Shown: positions 28,702 to 38,144 of the stretch, piece after piece | Numbering within the stretch: the stretch's first letter is position 1 | How the letters are laid out: each line of letters opens with the position of its first letter | Source of the DNA: Nitrospirota bacterium | GTDB taxonomy: Bacteria; Nitrospirota; UBA9217 | Direction: 5' to 3' | DNA length: 56,282 nt | Assembly: GCA_029858565.1 (NCBI GenBank) | Contig: JAOUEV010000015.1 | Coordinates: 1 to 56,282, forward strand | Position numbers and translations under genes: made by a program | The notes under the pieces: generated by a model | Database searches by the model: none | The model's input: the letters and a program-made list of their open reading frames with translations, nothing else | Told to the model about the DNA's origin: nothing

Positions 28702-29898
28702 ATGAACATCCCCTACGTCGCGATCAGAAACCTCCAGAGAAAGCTGACCAGGACCTGGCTGCTGCTGGCAATTGTCGCCATAGTTTCCTGCACGCTCTTT
28801 GCGTCGACACTTTTTCTGCGCAGCATTGCCACTGCCCTCCGGATAGGGACCTCCCGGCTCGGCGCGGACATCCTCGTAGTGCCGGAAAACGCAGAAACAA
28901 AAGCCCGGACCGCGCTCCTCTCGGGAGAACCAACCCACTTTCTCATGGCCAAGGACATGCTGGGCCGGGTCCGTGCTGTCGACGGTGTCAAGGCGGCCAC
29001 GCCCCAGCTTTTTATCAAACCGACCAGCTTCACCTGTTGTTACAATGTCGACGTCTTTCTCATTGCCTACGATCCAGCCACCGACTTTACCGTTAAACCC
29101 TGGCTCGAGCAGAATCTGAAACGCGTACCGGGCGATACAGAGATCATCACCGGCAGGGAAGTGCCGGTCGTGGAAGGCGATGCGATCCCCTTCTTTGGGA
29201 CCAACTTCTCCGTGGTCGGCACCATGGAGCCCACGGGAATGGATTTTTTCGATCGATCCGTATTCATGAGCATGGAATCGGCCTATCGCATGGCTGAGAA
29301 CTCGATCGCCCTTTCGCCGCAGCCCATCACGATCGGCCGTGACAAAATATCGACCGTCCTCGTACAGGTGCAGGACAACCTGTCGCCTGACCGGGTAGCG
29401 ATCCGCATAGAACACGACATTCCCGGCGTGAAAGCCATCAGCTCCGACACCGTTATCAGCACGGTACGAAAACAACTGTCAGGCCTTATCCATATCGTCT
29501 TCATCATCAGCATCGTGCTCTGGATCATCGTGCTCCTGATCATGGCCTTTGCCTTCACCATGATCGTGAACGAACGGAGAAGAGAGCTCGGCTTGCTTCG
29601 CGCCATGGGCGCGACCAGAACGCATGTTTTCGCGTTGATCTTGATGGAAGCCGCGACCCTTTCCGCCGCAGGCGGGGCGATCGGCATGTCCCTCGGTTTC
29701 ATGCTCCTGCTGACCTTCAAGAACCTGCTCCTGCACTATCTCAAGCTTCCGTACTTGTTTCCTTCGCTGCCGGACCTGATTATGCTGATCGCTGTCGCGC
29801 TCGTTGTGGCGGTCCTTACAGGGATCATCGCCGCTTTCCTGCCGGCGCGGTCCCTGTCCCGAAAAGAGCCTTATGAAGCGATACGGAGCTCAGAATAA
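28702..29898 (+). CDS. MacB/FtsX-type ABC transporter permease
   Basis: RLGADILVVP, large periplasmic domain with TCC, NERRRELGLLRAMGA, three C-terminal TMs. Confidence 0.9.
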   Translation: MNIPYVAIRNLQRKLTRTWLLLAIVAIVSCTLFASTLFLRSIATALRIGTSRLGADILVVPENAETKARTALLSGEPTHFLMAKDMLGRVRAVDGVKAATPQLFIKPTSFTCCYNVDVFLIAYDPATDFTVKPWLEQNLKRVPGDTEIITGREVPVVEGDAIPFFGTNFSVVGTMEPTGMDFFDRSVFMSMESAYRMAENSIALSPQPITIGRDKISTVLVQVQDNLSPDRVAIRIEHDIPGVKAISSDTVISTVRKQLSGLIHIVFIISIVLWIIVLLIMAFAFTMIVNERRRELGLLRAMGATRTHVFALILMEAATLSAAGGAIGMSLGFMLLLTFKNLLLHYLKLPYLFPSLPDLIMLIAVALVVAVLTGIIAAFLPARSLSRKEPYEAIRSSE

Positions 29899-30023
29899 CC
29901 AAAGCTACTGCATCTTTTTGATTGACCGCCCGATAGGTTGCGGCCTATGACCAGGCCCCTGGATCGGTTAGCAACTGGTGAGCGCTGTTTACGACGCGCG
30001 CCTTTACGACAAGGAGAGAATAC

Positions 30024-30431
30024 ATGGTCCGACAGCCAATGAGCATTCCGTTTCTTGCGGTATTCCTGCTTTTTTGGGCTTCCTTTGCCGCCGCGGCTGA
30101 CAAACCCCGCTGTGTTGAGTGCGGTATGATGGTAGATGAAGCATCGCGGTTCAGTGCCCGCATTGTCGAGGGCGCTTCGACGCTTCACTTTTGCGACATT
30201 GGGGATCTTTTGACCTATCTCAAGGATAAGAAGCGTACCGCCTCAGGAGCACAGGTAAAGGATTACGTCACCGGGGACTGGATCGAAGCTTCATCGGCCT
30301 ATTACGTTGTCGCTCCCAAACGTTTTTCCACTCCCATGGGATGGGATATCGGCGCATTCCGAGACCAGGATAAAGCGCTTGCATTTGGTACGCCCTTGGA
30401 TTTTGACGGCATGAAGGCGGCCCTGAAATGA
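30024..30431 (+). CDS. NosL family exported protein
   Basis: Signal peptide, CVECGM, FCDIGDL, VKDYVTGDWIEA..AYYV, TPMG. Confidence 0.85.
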   Translation: MVRQPMSIPFLAVFLLFWASFAAAADKPRCVECGMMVDEASRFSARIVEGASTLHFCDIGDLLTYLKDKKRTASGAQVKDYVTGDWIEASSAYYVVAPKRFSTPMGWDIGAFRDQDKALAFGTPLDFDGMKAALK

Positions 30432-30832
30432 AGCGCGCTGCGGGCATACTCGCGGTCATCGGGGGGATTCTGCTGATCCTGGCGCCCAGGTTCATCCTTC
30501 CGGTATGTGAATATTCCGGGTACCAGCCCATGCACTGTTCCGACACCGCCCGGGCGGAATTGTACGCCGGGATAGCGATTATCTGCGCCGGGACAGCGGT
30601 CCTGGCGCTTCACCGCCATTCCCTGGTCGTCATGGCATTGCTGGCGGTCATCGGAGTATCATCTGCGGCATTAGCACTACCCCAGATATATGGATATTGC
30701 AAAAGTCCCAAAATGCCGTGCAACTACGGGACCGTCCCTGCCATCAGGTTGACTGCGGTCATAATTGCGGCCTTTGCGATAATTGCATTGCTAAGTTACG
30801 TGAAACAACTGCTGCGCAAGGAAAAAGCATGA
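30428..30832 (+). CDS. DUF4418 family membrane protein
   Basis: Four TMs with loop cysteines PVC..PMHC and GYC...KMPC. Confidence 0.75.
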   Translation: MKRAAGILAVIGGILLILAPRFILPVCEYSGYQPMHCSDTARAELYAGIAIICAGTAVLALHRHSLVVMALLAVIGVSSAALALPQIYGYCKSPKMPCNYGTVPAIRLTAVIIAAFAIIALLSYVKQLLRKEKA

Positions 30833-31491
30833 TAGATATCAAAGACGTTACGAAGACCTACCACGGCACCGGCCAGCCTGTCACGGCCGTCCGGAACGCT
30901 CGATTTTCCCTTTCTTCGGGCGAGTTCGCATCCATTGTCGGCCACTCGGGAAGCGGCAAGAGCACCCTGATCAGCATGATAGGCGGCATCCTCAGACCGG
31001 ATTCCGGTACGGTCACCGTGGACGGAGAGAACATCTGGACCTATCCCGATGACCGGCTGGCAAACCTCCGAAATTCCCGATTCGCTTTTGTGTATCAGTT
31101 CGCGAGCCTCATTCCCACGCTCACCATCGAGGAGAATGTCCTTCTTCCCACGATTTTCGGCGGCACAGCAGTGCTCGCTGACGCTGAGCGGCTTCTTGAG
31201 ATGGTCGGATTGAAGGATAAGATCAAACGTTACCCATCGGAGCTGAGCGGTGGCGAGCAGCAGCGTGTCGCCATTGCTCGGGCGTTCATCAATGACCCGG
31301 CTATCGTCCTTGCCGACGAACCGACCGGAGACCTGGATGAGGAGACCGAAGCCGATATCATAAGGTTCTTCGAGCGTTTTAACAGCGACAAGCGCACGAC
31401 GATCATCATGGTCACCCACAACAGCGACCTGGCTGCGCGGGCATCGCGCAGATTCAGGATGAAGGCCGGCATCATCGAGGAGCGTAGCTGA
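30829..31491 (+). CDS. ABC transporter ATP-binding protein (LolD/MacB type)
   Basis: GHSGSGKS, LSGGEQQRVAIARA, LADEPTGDLD, VTH; ATG 30829 overlaps the DUF4418 stop. Confidence 0.93.
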   Translation: MIDIKDVTKTYHGTGQPVTAVRNARFSLSSGEFASIVGHSGSGKSTLISMIGGILRPDSGTVTVDGENIWTYPDDRLANLRNSRFAFVYQFASLIPTLTIEENVLLPTIFGGTAVLADAERLLEMVGLKDKIKRYPSELSGGEQQRVAIARAFINDPAIVLADEPTGDLDEETEADIIRFFERFNSDKRTTIIMVTHNSDLAARASRRFRMKAGIIEERS

Positions 31492-31493
31492 TC

Positions 31494-32111
31494 GTGGCCT
31501 GTCTATCCTGCGGGACCGGCTACGGATACTGGCTCCCTATCGCTCCGGTCCTTATTCTTGCCTGTTTTACGTTTTCCTGCGCTTCAGCACCTCGGACGCA
31601 GCTTCCGCCTTACCCTGCTGTACAGAAGAAAAAGCCTGATGTCCGCGTGCAGGATCTCGAAAAACGTATCCATCGCATCATCAACGCAGAACGGTCAAAA
31701 CAAGGGCTCAACGAGCTTTCCTGGAACAACAACCTGGCAGGGATAGCCCGAGCGCATAGCCGCGACATGGGGAAAAGGAACTATTTCAGCCACAATTCTC
31801 CTGAGGGGCGCGATTTCTTTCACCGTTATCAGCAAGCGGGCTACTCCTGCGCCATTCGCGTCAACAAGGTGATCCACCAGGGCGCGGAGAATATCGCCCT
31901 GAACAACCTGTATGATTCGGTGACCACGGTAAACGGCAGGGCTTTCTACGACTGGAACTCCGGGGAACATATCGCGGAAACAACGGTCCGGGGCTGGATG
32001 CACAGCCCCGGACATAAAAAGAATATCCTGACGCCTCACTGGAAAAGCGAAGGTATTGGCATCTTCATCTCTCCTGATGACAAGATCTATATAACCCAGA
32101 ACTTCTGCTAG
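31494..32111 (+). CDS. CAP (SCP) domain protein, probable lipoprotein
   Basis: INAERSKQGL, ARAHSRDM...YFSH, ENIA, GWMHSPGHKKNIL, TQNF; start uncertain. Confidence 0.88.
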   Translation: MACLSCGTGYGYWLPIAPVLILACFTFSCASAPRTQLPPYPAVQKKKPDVRVQDLEKRIHRIINAERSKQGLNELSWNNNLAGIARAHSRDMGKRNYFSHNSPEGRDFFHRYQQAGYSCAIRVNKVIHQGAENIALNNLYDSVTTVNGRAFYDWNSGEHIAETTVRGWMHSPGHKKNILTPHWKSEGIGIFISPDDKIYITQNFC

Positions 32112-32129
32112 GTCATCCGGGTATGGTCC

Positions 32130-32597
32130 TCATCGCACTGTGGCGTTCAGAACATACTCTTCGCCGGAAATATAGTTTTCCAGCTGATGGATCGTTGCTT
32201 CCTGGTCCTTTATGATAGTTGCAACCACGTCGCCGATGCTCACAACACCGGCCACGGTCCCTCCATCCAGAACCGGCAGGTGTCGCACATGGTGGGCCGT
32301 CATCAGGACCATGCATTCATTCATTGTCATCTGCGGCCGGGCGCAGATAGGAGGACTGCTCATCAGGTCCTCCACTGTCGTGGACTTGGATGATTTCCCC
32401 TTGAGGATGACCTTTCTGGCGTAATCCCTTTCCGAAAATACGCCGACCAGCCTTCCCTCGTCAACGACCATCAGGGCACCGACATTCTTCTGCGCCATGA
32501 GCTCAAGCGCGTCATATGCCATGGCCTTTGGGCCGATTCCAAGATACCCCTGCCCTTTTTTTCTCAGCACGTCGCTCACCCGGATAGAATCATACAT
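32130..32597 (-). CDS. CBS domain protein
   Basis: NVGALMVV..LVGVFSERDYARKV, HVRHLPV..GVVSIGDVV; RBS AAAGGAGG. Confidence 0.92.
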   Translation of the reverse strand: MYDSIRVSDVLRKKGQGYLGIGPKAMAYDALELMAQKNVGALMVVDEGRLVGVFSERDYARKVILKGKSSKSTTVEDLMSSPPICARPQMTMNECMVLMTAHHVRHLPVLDGGTVAGVVSIGDVVATIIKDQEATIHQLENYISGEEYVLNATVR

Positions 32598-32644
32598 AGC
32601 CGTACCTCCTTTCACGTAAACAGTGACGAATGGACGTTAGAAGC

Positions 32645-32686
32645 AAAAAACCGGGCATGCCAAAGGTCCTTCCTTCGGCAGCCCGG
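32645..32686 (-). terminator. Riboswitch expression-platform terminator
   Basis: CCGGGCUGCC...GGCAUGCCCGG stem followed by UUUUUU; its 5' arm is the aptamer 3' strand. Confidence 0.75.
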
Positions 32687-32755
32687 TTGTCTTATGCAAG
32701 ATCCGCTGGCTTTCCACGCACCTTCTTGCGAAGGGCTTGGCTTTATCGGGAATAT
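32670..32755 (-). ncRNA. c-di-GMP-I (GEMM-I) riboswitch aptamer
   Basis: Minus strand CGAUAAAGCCAAGCC-CUUC(GCAA)GAAG-GUGCGUGGAAAGCC...GACAACCGGGCUGCCG aligns by eye to the GEMM-I architecture (GNRA loop, AAAG junction, GCCG 3' end). Confidence 0.85.
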
Positions 32756-32778
32756 TTAGTACTTATTTCTATGATCTA

Positions 32779-32807
32779 TTGATAACATCCCTGCGCAAGC
32801 CTGTCAA
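32779..32807 (-). promoter_or_regulatory. Putative sigma70 promoter of the riboswitch-CBS transcript
   Basis: TTGACA-N17-TATCAA with TGn extension. Confidence 0.55.
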
Positions 32808-32895
32808 TTTGCTTTTATAACCATCAACTCTTGTTCATTCACTTGTTGAGAATATCGTAACAGAAAGTAACCTCACAACTGAACCATACTTACCG

Positions 32896-33942
32896 CTATT
32901 GATACCACTTGAGTAGAAAGAACTCACCAATATACATCAGTAGGAGCACGAACCATCCTGCAAGTATGACGAATTCGATCGTTGCGCGGTAGGATACGCT
33001 GAAGTTCTCCGCTGCCATGGCGTACACATCCTCCAAGGTCTGCAGTTTTTCCTTTATGTCCTTGTTCCAATCATCTATATGGAACTTTCTGGTGATCAGT
33101 GAATACAGTCTTGCCGAGTACCAGTTGCCGATCAGCCTGATATTGTGGTCCACAGCCTCGGATTCAAGAATTGACTGGGTCCGGATCTCCACGATCTCCT
33201 TGAGCACTCTTCGCACGTCCCGGGATCTGAAGAAAGGCAGTTTTTTCGGCGATCGAAGGAGTGTGAGCGTCTTCTCCAGCCGTTTATCCAGTCCGTCTGC
33301 CAGGATCCTTGATTTCAGCAGCTGCACATTGGCTATCTCAAAGAGTTCGATATCGCTCTGAAAGTCACCTGCAGCATCGAAGATGAACGCCCCGTCCCAG
33401 TCAACGATCGTGATATCGTCCTTGCCATACTTGAGCGATGACGACAAGGTTAGCCGAACTTCTTCTTCATCCAGCAGACCATCCTCGTTCTTTAAAAAGG
33501 CAGCGATGGTATCTCCATGCAGGGATAAATAGACCTCCGGATCACCGCTGTAACCAGCTATGCAGTAAACGCTGTACTCTTCATCGAAATCCTTGCCGCA
33601 GGAGTATTCTGAAAGGATCTTTCTGCATTCGCTCAACAGGTGCCGCTTGAACGTCAGCGTCAGACTGCCGAGCACATTCTCCAGCTCAGTTGATGCCTCG
33701 ACAACAACCATATTGGGAGAATAAGCCTTTACAAGGAACCGGATATCGTTCCCATTGCTCCTGCGATGTTCTACCTTGATGATCCTCTGCTTCGGGATGA
33801 CGTCAGGATAGCTTGGAGCGCTTTTCATCGTGCGAACTTCGACTATATCGGTAGACTCGAGATCCAGGCATGTCTGGCCGATGATGAATACCACGAGCGT
33901 TCCGGGAACAGGGCCGGCTGAAAGAGTAGTCGATTCGGTCAT
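32896..33942 (-). CDS. Conserved hypothetical protein with C-terminal TM helix (RMD1/DUF155- or CorA-like fold suspected)
   Basis: 348-aa ORF with DDITIVDWDGAFIFD, IELFEIANVQLL, W.SARLY..I...FH...W and a terminal TM helix. Confidence 0.6.
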   Translation of the reverse strand: MTESTTLSAGPVPGTLVVFIIGQTCLDLESTDIVEVRTMKSAPSYPDVIPKQRIIKVEHRRSNGNDIRFLVKAYSPNMVVVEASTELENVLGSLTLTFKRHLLSECRKILSEYSCGKDFDEEYSVYCIAGYSGDPEVYLSLHGDTIAAFLKNEDGLLDEEEVRLTLSSSLKYGKDDITIVDWDGAFIFDAAGDFQSDIELFEIANVQLLKSRILADGLDKRLEKTLTLLRSPKKLPFFRSRDVRRVLKEIVEIRTQSILESEAVDHNIRLIGNWYSARLYSLITRKFHIDDWNKDIKEKLQTLEDVYAMAAENFSVSYRATIEFVILAGWFVLLLMYIGEFFLLKWYQ

Positions 33943-33945
33943 GGA

Positions 33946-34482
33946 TTAGACACCTTCCTCGGGGACCTCGGGAGAATAAGGATAGTGACCCCCTCCCCAC
34001 GCCTTGATACTGAATATGAATAGCGACACGATGCCCCAGATCAGCCCGACAACGACACCTGCATCAATGATACCACGCCAGGGCTGCGCTATGAAACTTA
34101 CCAGAACGACCAGCACGATGATCCCCAGCGTAAGAGAGATGGAAGCCGTCATCCGGCGCTTTGTTGCGTGAAAGTAGCCCATGCAAAAGAACGGTGCGAG
34201 GAGTATATTTCTCATACTGGGATGGTGGCGCAGATACTTCGCCCGGGCCGCTGTTCGGGGAGAGAACGACTGCTGGAAACCCTTATAGCCCTCCATGTAG
34301 GCCATACCGAGCACGATTATGACCAGTGAGACCCAGTGCTCCCACGTAAAAGGATGGGAAAAAGCGTCTATCGCTTTTGACCAGAGGCGGATCGCAGCGC
34401 TCAAGAGCAGCATAAGAACGCCTGCGACACCCCAGATCATGCCGGCGGAGCCAAGCATTGTTGATCTATCCTGAGTTGTCAT
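33946..34482 (-). CDS. Hypothetical membrane protein
   Basis: Four TM helices with MAYMEGYKGFQQSFSPR, LAPFFCMGYFHAT, QPWRGIIDAGVVVGL; start uncertain. Confidence 0.7.
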   Translation of the reverse strand: MTTQDRSTMLGSAGMIWGVAGVLMLLLSAAIRLWSKAIDAFSHPFTWEHWVSLVIIVLGMAYMEGYKGFQQSFSPRTAARAKYLRHHPSMRNILLAPFFCMGYFHATKRRMTASISLTLGIIVLVVLVSFIAQPWRGIIDAGVVVGLIWGIVSLFIFSIKAWGGGHYPYSPEVPEEGV

Positions 34483-34530
34483 ACTTCTTTCATCGCCTTT
34501 CCCGGCAGAGGTAACCTGCACTGAATTTGA

Positions 34531-35844
34531 TCATTTTCCCAATAGAATAGAGCCGCCGGTGTAGAAGGTTCCCGCGACCGCAGCGATCATGAGGCATGCC
34601 AGCGTGGCCGCGGCAAAGGCCCGGAAACCGATCTTTGCGAGATCCTTTGTTCTCGACGGCGCCAGCGCCGCGGTCCCTCCCACAAAGATCGCCACGGACG
34701 GAACATGGGCGAACCCGCAGAGCGCGTAGGTCGCGATCACCGCGGACCGGGGATCAGTGATGGAATGGGCCGCCAGGGCGGCCGCCAGGTCCTGATACGC
34801 CTTTACTTCGGTTACTATTGCTCGCTCACCGATCAGCCGGGCAACAGCAGCCGCGTCAGCCGGAGGAACGCCGATCACGAGGGTAAAGGGATAGAAAAGA
34901 TATCCCAGGAGACCTTTCAAGGACCAGTCCACGCTCCAGCCCACGGCCTGGTTCAGCCAGCCACCCGCCCCGGTCATAAGGAGATCGAGCAGTGCGACCA
35001 GACCGATCAGGGCCAATAGCAGCGTCACGATGCCGATCACCAGCTTGAAACCCGCGTCAGCGCCGTTGATGACCGCCTCCATAAGCGTTGATTCTCTATC
35101 ATAGTGGGGATGCACGTCAACACCCAGGGTTTTTGGCTTTTCTGCCTCAGGGACAAGCAGTTTGGACATTACAATTGCAGCAGGCGCACCCAGGATCGAG
35201 GCTGACACCAGATGTCCGGCAATGGTCGGGAATTCTCGCTGCAGGATGAAGACATAGAGCGCCATGACGCTTGATGCAATGGTCGCCATGCCGCCGGTCA
35301 GGATCGTGCACAGTTCCGATTTTGTCATCTTCTCCAGGAACGGCCGGATGACCGTGGCGGACTCCACGCCCACGAAGATATTCGCTGCTGTTGAGAGCGA
35401 CTCTGCGCCGCTGATGCGCATGAGTTTAGTGAAGGTTTTGGAAAAGATCCTGATGAGCCAGGGCATGATACCGACGTAATAGAGAACACCCATGAGGCTG
35501 GCGAAGAATATGACCGTGGGCAATGCCTGGAACGCGAGGTTGAATCCCAGTGATTCCTCCCCCATTTCGTTCCGCTCGCCCGGCGCAAGTGCGAGCCTCC
35601 CGAATACGAATTTTGTTCCCGCTGTCGCACTGTCCAGAACCTTCACCACCGCGTCGTTGATCACCATGAAGGTTTTAGAACCAGCCGGGATCACGAAAAT
35701 GAACAGTGCAAAGAGCAATTGCAAACCCACTCCCCATCCGACGACCCGCCAGTTAACTACCTTCCGGTTCGTTGAGAGCGACCAGGCTACGGCCATGAGG
35801 ATGAAAATGCCGAGGAAACTGATAAGGTTGTACATCAACTGCAT
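34531..35844 (-). CDS. nupC: Concentrative nucleoside transporter (NupC/CNT family)
   Basis: VNWRVVGWGVGLQ, ALPTVIFFASL..LYY, SGAESLS.AANIFVG, GGMATIA, YALCGFAH; RBS GGAGG. Confidence 0.92.
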   Translation of the reverse strand: MQLMYNLISFLGIFILMAVAWSLSTNRKVVNWRVVGWGVGLQLLFALFIFVIPAGSKTFMVINDAVVKVLDSATAGTKFVFGRLALAPGERNEMGEESLGFNLAFQALPTVIFFASLMGVLYYVGIMPWLIRIFSKTFTKLMRISGAESLSTAANIFVGVESATVIRPFLEKMTKSELCTILTGGMATIASSVMALYVFILQREFPTIAGHLVSASILGAPAAIVMSKLLVPEAEKPKTLGVDVHPHYDRESTLMEAVINGADAGFKLVIGIVTLLLALIGLVALLDLLMTGAGGWLNQAVGWSVDWSLKGLLGYLFYPFTLVIGVPPADAAAVARLIGERAIVTEVKAYQDLAAALAAHSITDPRSAVIATYALCGFAHVPSVAIFVGGTAALAPSRTKDLAKIGFRAFAAATLACLMIAAVAGTFYTGGSILLGK

Positions 35845-35862
35845 TACCTCCGAAGCAGCATA

Positions 35863-35985
35863 TTAGTGATGAGATTTCTCATCATCTTCCGACCACTCCG
35901 CTGCGATACCCTTCACCTCGTCGATCAAACGAGGGATGTCGCGGAGTGGCTCAATAGTTCCCTGTGCGAATATTGTTATACTCAT
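35863..35985 (-). pseudogene. 40-aa ORF, possible truncated gene remnant or uORF
   Basis: Manual translation MSITIFAQGTIEPLRDIPRLIDEVKGIAAEWSEDDEKSHH; lies between the REP doublet and nupC. Confidence 0.35.
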
Positions 35986-35994
35986 TTCTTTGCT

Positions 35995-36090
35995 GTCAGG
36001 TCGGGTAGAGCGCAGCGAAACCCGACATCTTCGGTTCCCTGCACTTCAGCAAATAAGCGTCGGGTTTCACAATAAACGTTCTACCCGACA
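35995..36090. repeat. REP doublet (REPIN-like inverted pair)
   Basis: GTCAGGTCGGGTAGAGCGCAGCGAAACCCGACA (35995-36027) and inverted GTCGGGTTTC...TTCTACCCGACA (36059-36090). Confidence 0.7.
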
Positions 36091-36349
36091 TCCCCTGCTC
36101 CATTTTTTGCAGGTCAGATCGTCACCCACAAGATACACATAATTCCTAATACTGATCAATCATCGAATACACCTACAAGTGTTCACTCAACGAGGAGTCA
36201 TCAGTACAACAATTACAGATGCAAACATAAACACGCGGGTCAGGCGTCATATTTTGCTGTATCTCTGCGAAACTGTTATTTGGGTCGCACTATTTATAAT
36301 TCAAAGATTCTAACATAAGACAGGTTGCTTCTCAGAGTTCGAATTTCGC

Positions 36350-37357
36350 CTATTCTTTATAACAATTCTCATATCGCCACTGATCATTGGTACACTTATC
36401 CAAGTGTAATTCAAGTCGGTTTCCTATTTTGTTCCATGCATCAACGATGGACCTGTAATTTCTATCGAAATTCCAAACCCAGTAACCGAATTTGTAGGCT
36501 TCTATGGAGGGTGCATTTACAAAAAAAGGTGCAGTTATTGTAATGAAAGCCTCGCCTCTTGCATCTGTTAATGTCCCGCACGGCTTTGAATGCGACTTGC
36601 GGCAACCAGTAGAATCAATTATTGCACCTTTTATTGGCTTTCCATTTTTCGAATCACTTACCTTACACTTAATTTTTGTACTAATTATAATTTTCTTCTC
36701 GGCCTCTGCAAGAGGGCGCTCCCAATCAACAGCAGCTCTAATTTTTTTCCCAGACCTCCACGTATAAGTTTCGATAAGACCTAGTTGGTGAGAATGAGTG
36801 TATAGCAGATCGAGAGGAAACGTTCCATCCCACTTATAGTATTTACCCCCGCTAACCACATTTGTATTGGATTGTCGATCTGGCGTCAGCTTGCTATAAG
36901 GTGGATTGAATTTATCCAAGCGAATCGTAGTGCCCTGAACCAACATCGGCCCATATTCTTCCCTTCTTTCGCCGCTCGGAAATAGAGTGTCATTAATCCA
37001 CACCTCGTAGCCCTTTCGGTAAATTACAACATTGGGTGAATCTACGAGACAATTCATCGGGCCTGCAATAGCAAAATTGCCATTCTTATCGGATAATGTT
37101 TCGGTTGCTTTGTGTACCGACGAAGAAGAGTGTCCCACGCTAACCGATATATTCCACTCGGCAAATATGACAGCTCCCTCTATTGGCTTGCCAGTCTCAG
37201 CATCGACGATCTTGCCCGAAACTCTCGCAGCATACATATGCCCCAGAAGTATGAACACTATTAGCGCGACAAGAATTGACAATAATGGCCGTCGCGACAT
37301 GAAATTTCCAATTGTCTGATAAATAGAACGAAAGATTGTTAAGTTAGTCTGCGTCAT
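36350..37357 (-). CDS. AT-rich hypothetical exported protein with two carboxypeptidase-regulatory-like domains
   Basis: N-terminal TM; repeated motifs GKIVDAETGKPIEGA..SDKNGNF..YRKGY and KVSDSKNGKPIKGA..TDARGEA..YKFGY. Confidence 0.7.
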   Translation of the reverse strand: MTQTNLTIFRSIYQTIGNFMSRRPLLSILVALIVFILLGHMYAARVSGKIVDAETGKPIEGAVIFAEWNISVSVGHSSSSVHKATETLSDKNGNFAIAGPMNCLVDSPNVVIYRKGYEVWINDTLFPSGERREEYGPMLVQGTTIRLDKFNPPYSKLTPDRQSNTNVVSGGKYYKWDGTFPLDLLYTHSHQLGLIETYTWRSGKKIRAAVDWERPLAEAEKKIIISTKIKCKVSDSKNGKPIKGAIIDSTGCRKSHSKPCGTLTDARGEAFITITAPFFVNAPSIEAYKFGYWVWNFDRNYRSIVDAWNKIGNRLELHLDKCTNDQWRYENCYKE

Positions 37358-37626
37358 ATAGGATTAGGATCCATTACCAAACTTATCGGGACACACTGGG
37401 ATTTTGATGCGTTTGATATTTTTCTTCTCGAATTGCGAAATGTAATCTGCATACACTATCTCGTCCATTTGTCGTGTATTTCAGGAAGAACCAACCAAAT
37501 AACGGATCACCTACTATTCTGTAATTGCAGCAATACGAAACTATCATTAAATACTGATTGAAACATACAGTTTGATGACATGGAATAGGAGCGACCCTCT
37601 AAATTCAAATGGCATGAGCTTTAATG

Positions 37627-38100
37627 TTAACTATAGAATGCTTTCTTTGTTGATTTCCGAGTCAGTATCAATATTAATAAACCACTAACGATACCGTAAA
37701 TGTACGAGTACCACATACTAATAGGAAAAACAGCAATCGCCCCTGCGGGGATGTGTGGACTTAGATTATTCCCCGCCATGTAAACGGCAAATGCATAATT
37801 CACCGCTCCGATAAGCTTTATGACTAAGGTAATCGAACAGACTGTTATTGCCAGCCTCCAACCCCACCTTCTCATTTTGATTATGCCAATGCCTGCTGAA
37901 AGAATAGCAAGTGGAAGGATAATAAGAAAAAACAGAAATGCAATATTGAATATTAAATAACCAAGAAGCGAGGGATATGCATTTAGACGAAATAATAAGA
38001 ACAATGACAACCAGATGCCCTTCGCTTCCGAGATTAGCTGAAGCAATCCTACAACAATAAATAGAAAACCCATAAGCTTAATCATTTTATTTTTTCTCAT
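37627..38100 (-). CDS. AT-rich hypothetical 4-TM membrane protein
   Basis: Hydrophobic 157-aa ORF with GIGIIKMRRWGW motif; starts 45 nt after the attC-like site. Confidence 0.7.
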   Translation of the reverse strand: MRKNKMIKLMGFLFIVVGLLQLISEAKGIWLSLFLLFRLNAYPSLLGYLIFNIAFLFFLIILPLAILSAGIGIIKMRRWGWRLAITVCSITLVIKLIGAVNYAFAVYMAGNNLSPHIPAGAIAVFPISMWYSYIYGIVSGLLILILTRKSTKKAFYS

Positions 38101-38144
38101 ATGAATAACGGCGATCGAACATCAAAGACTATTAGCCATTAAAT

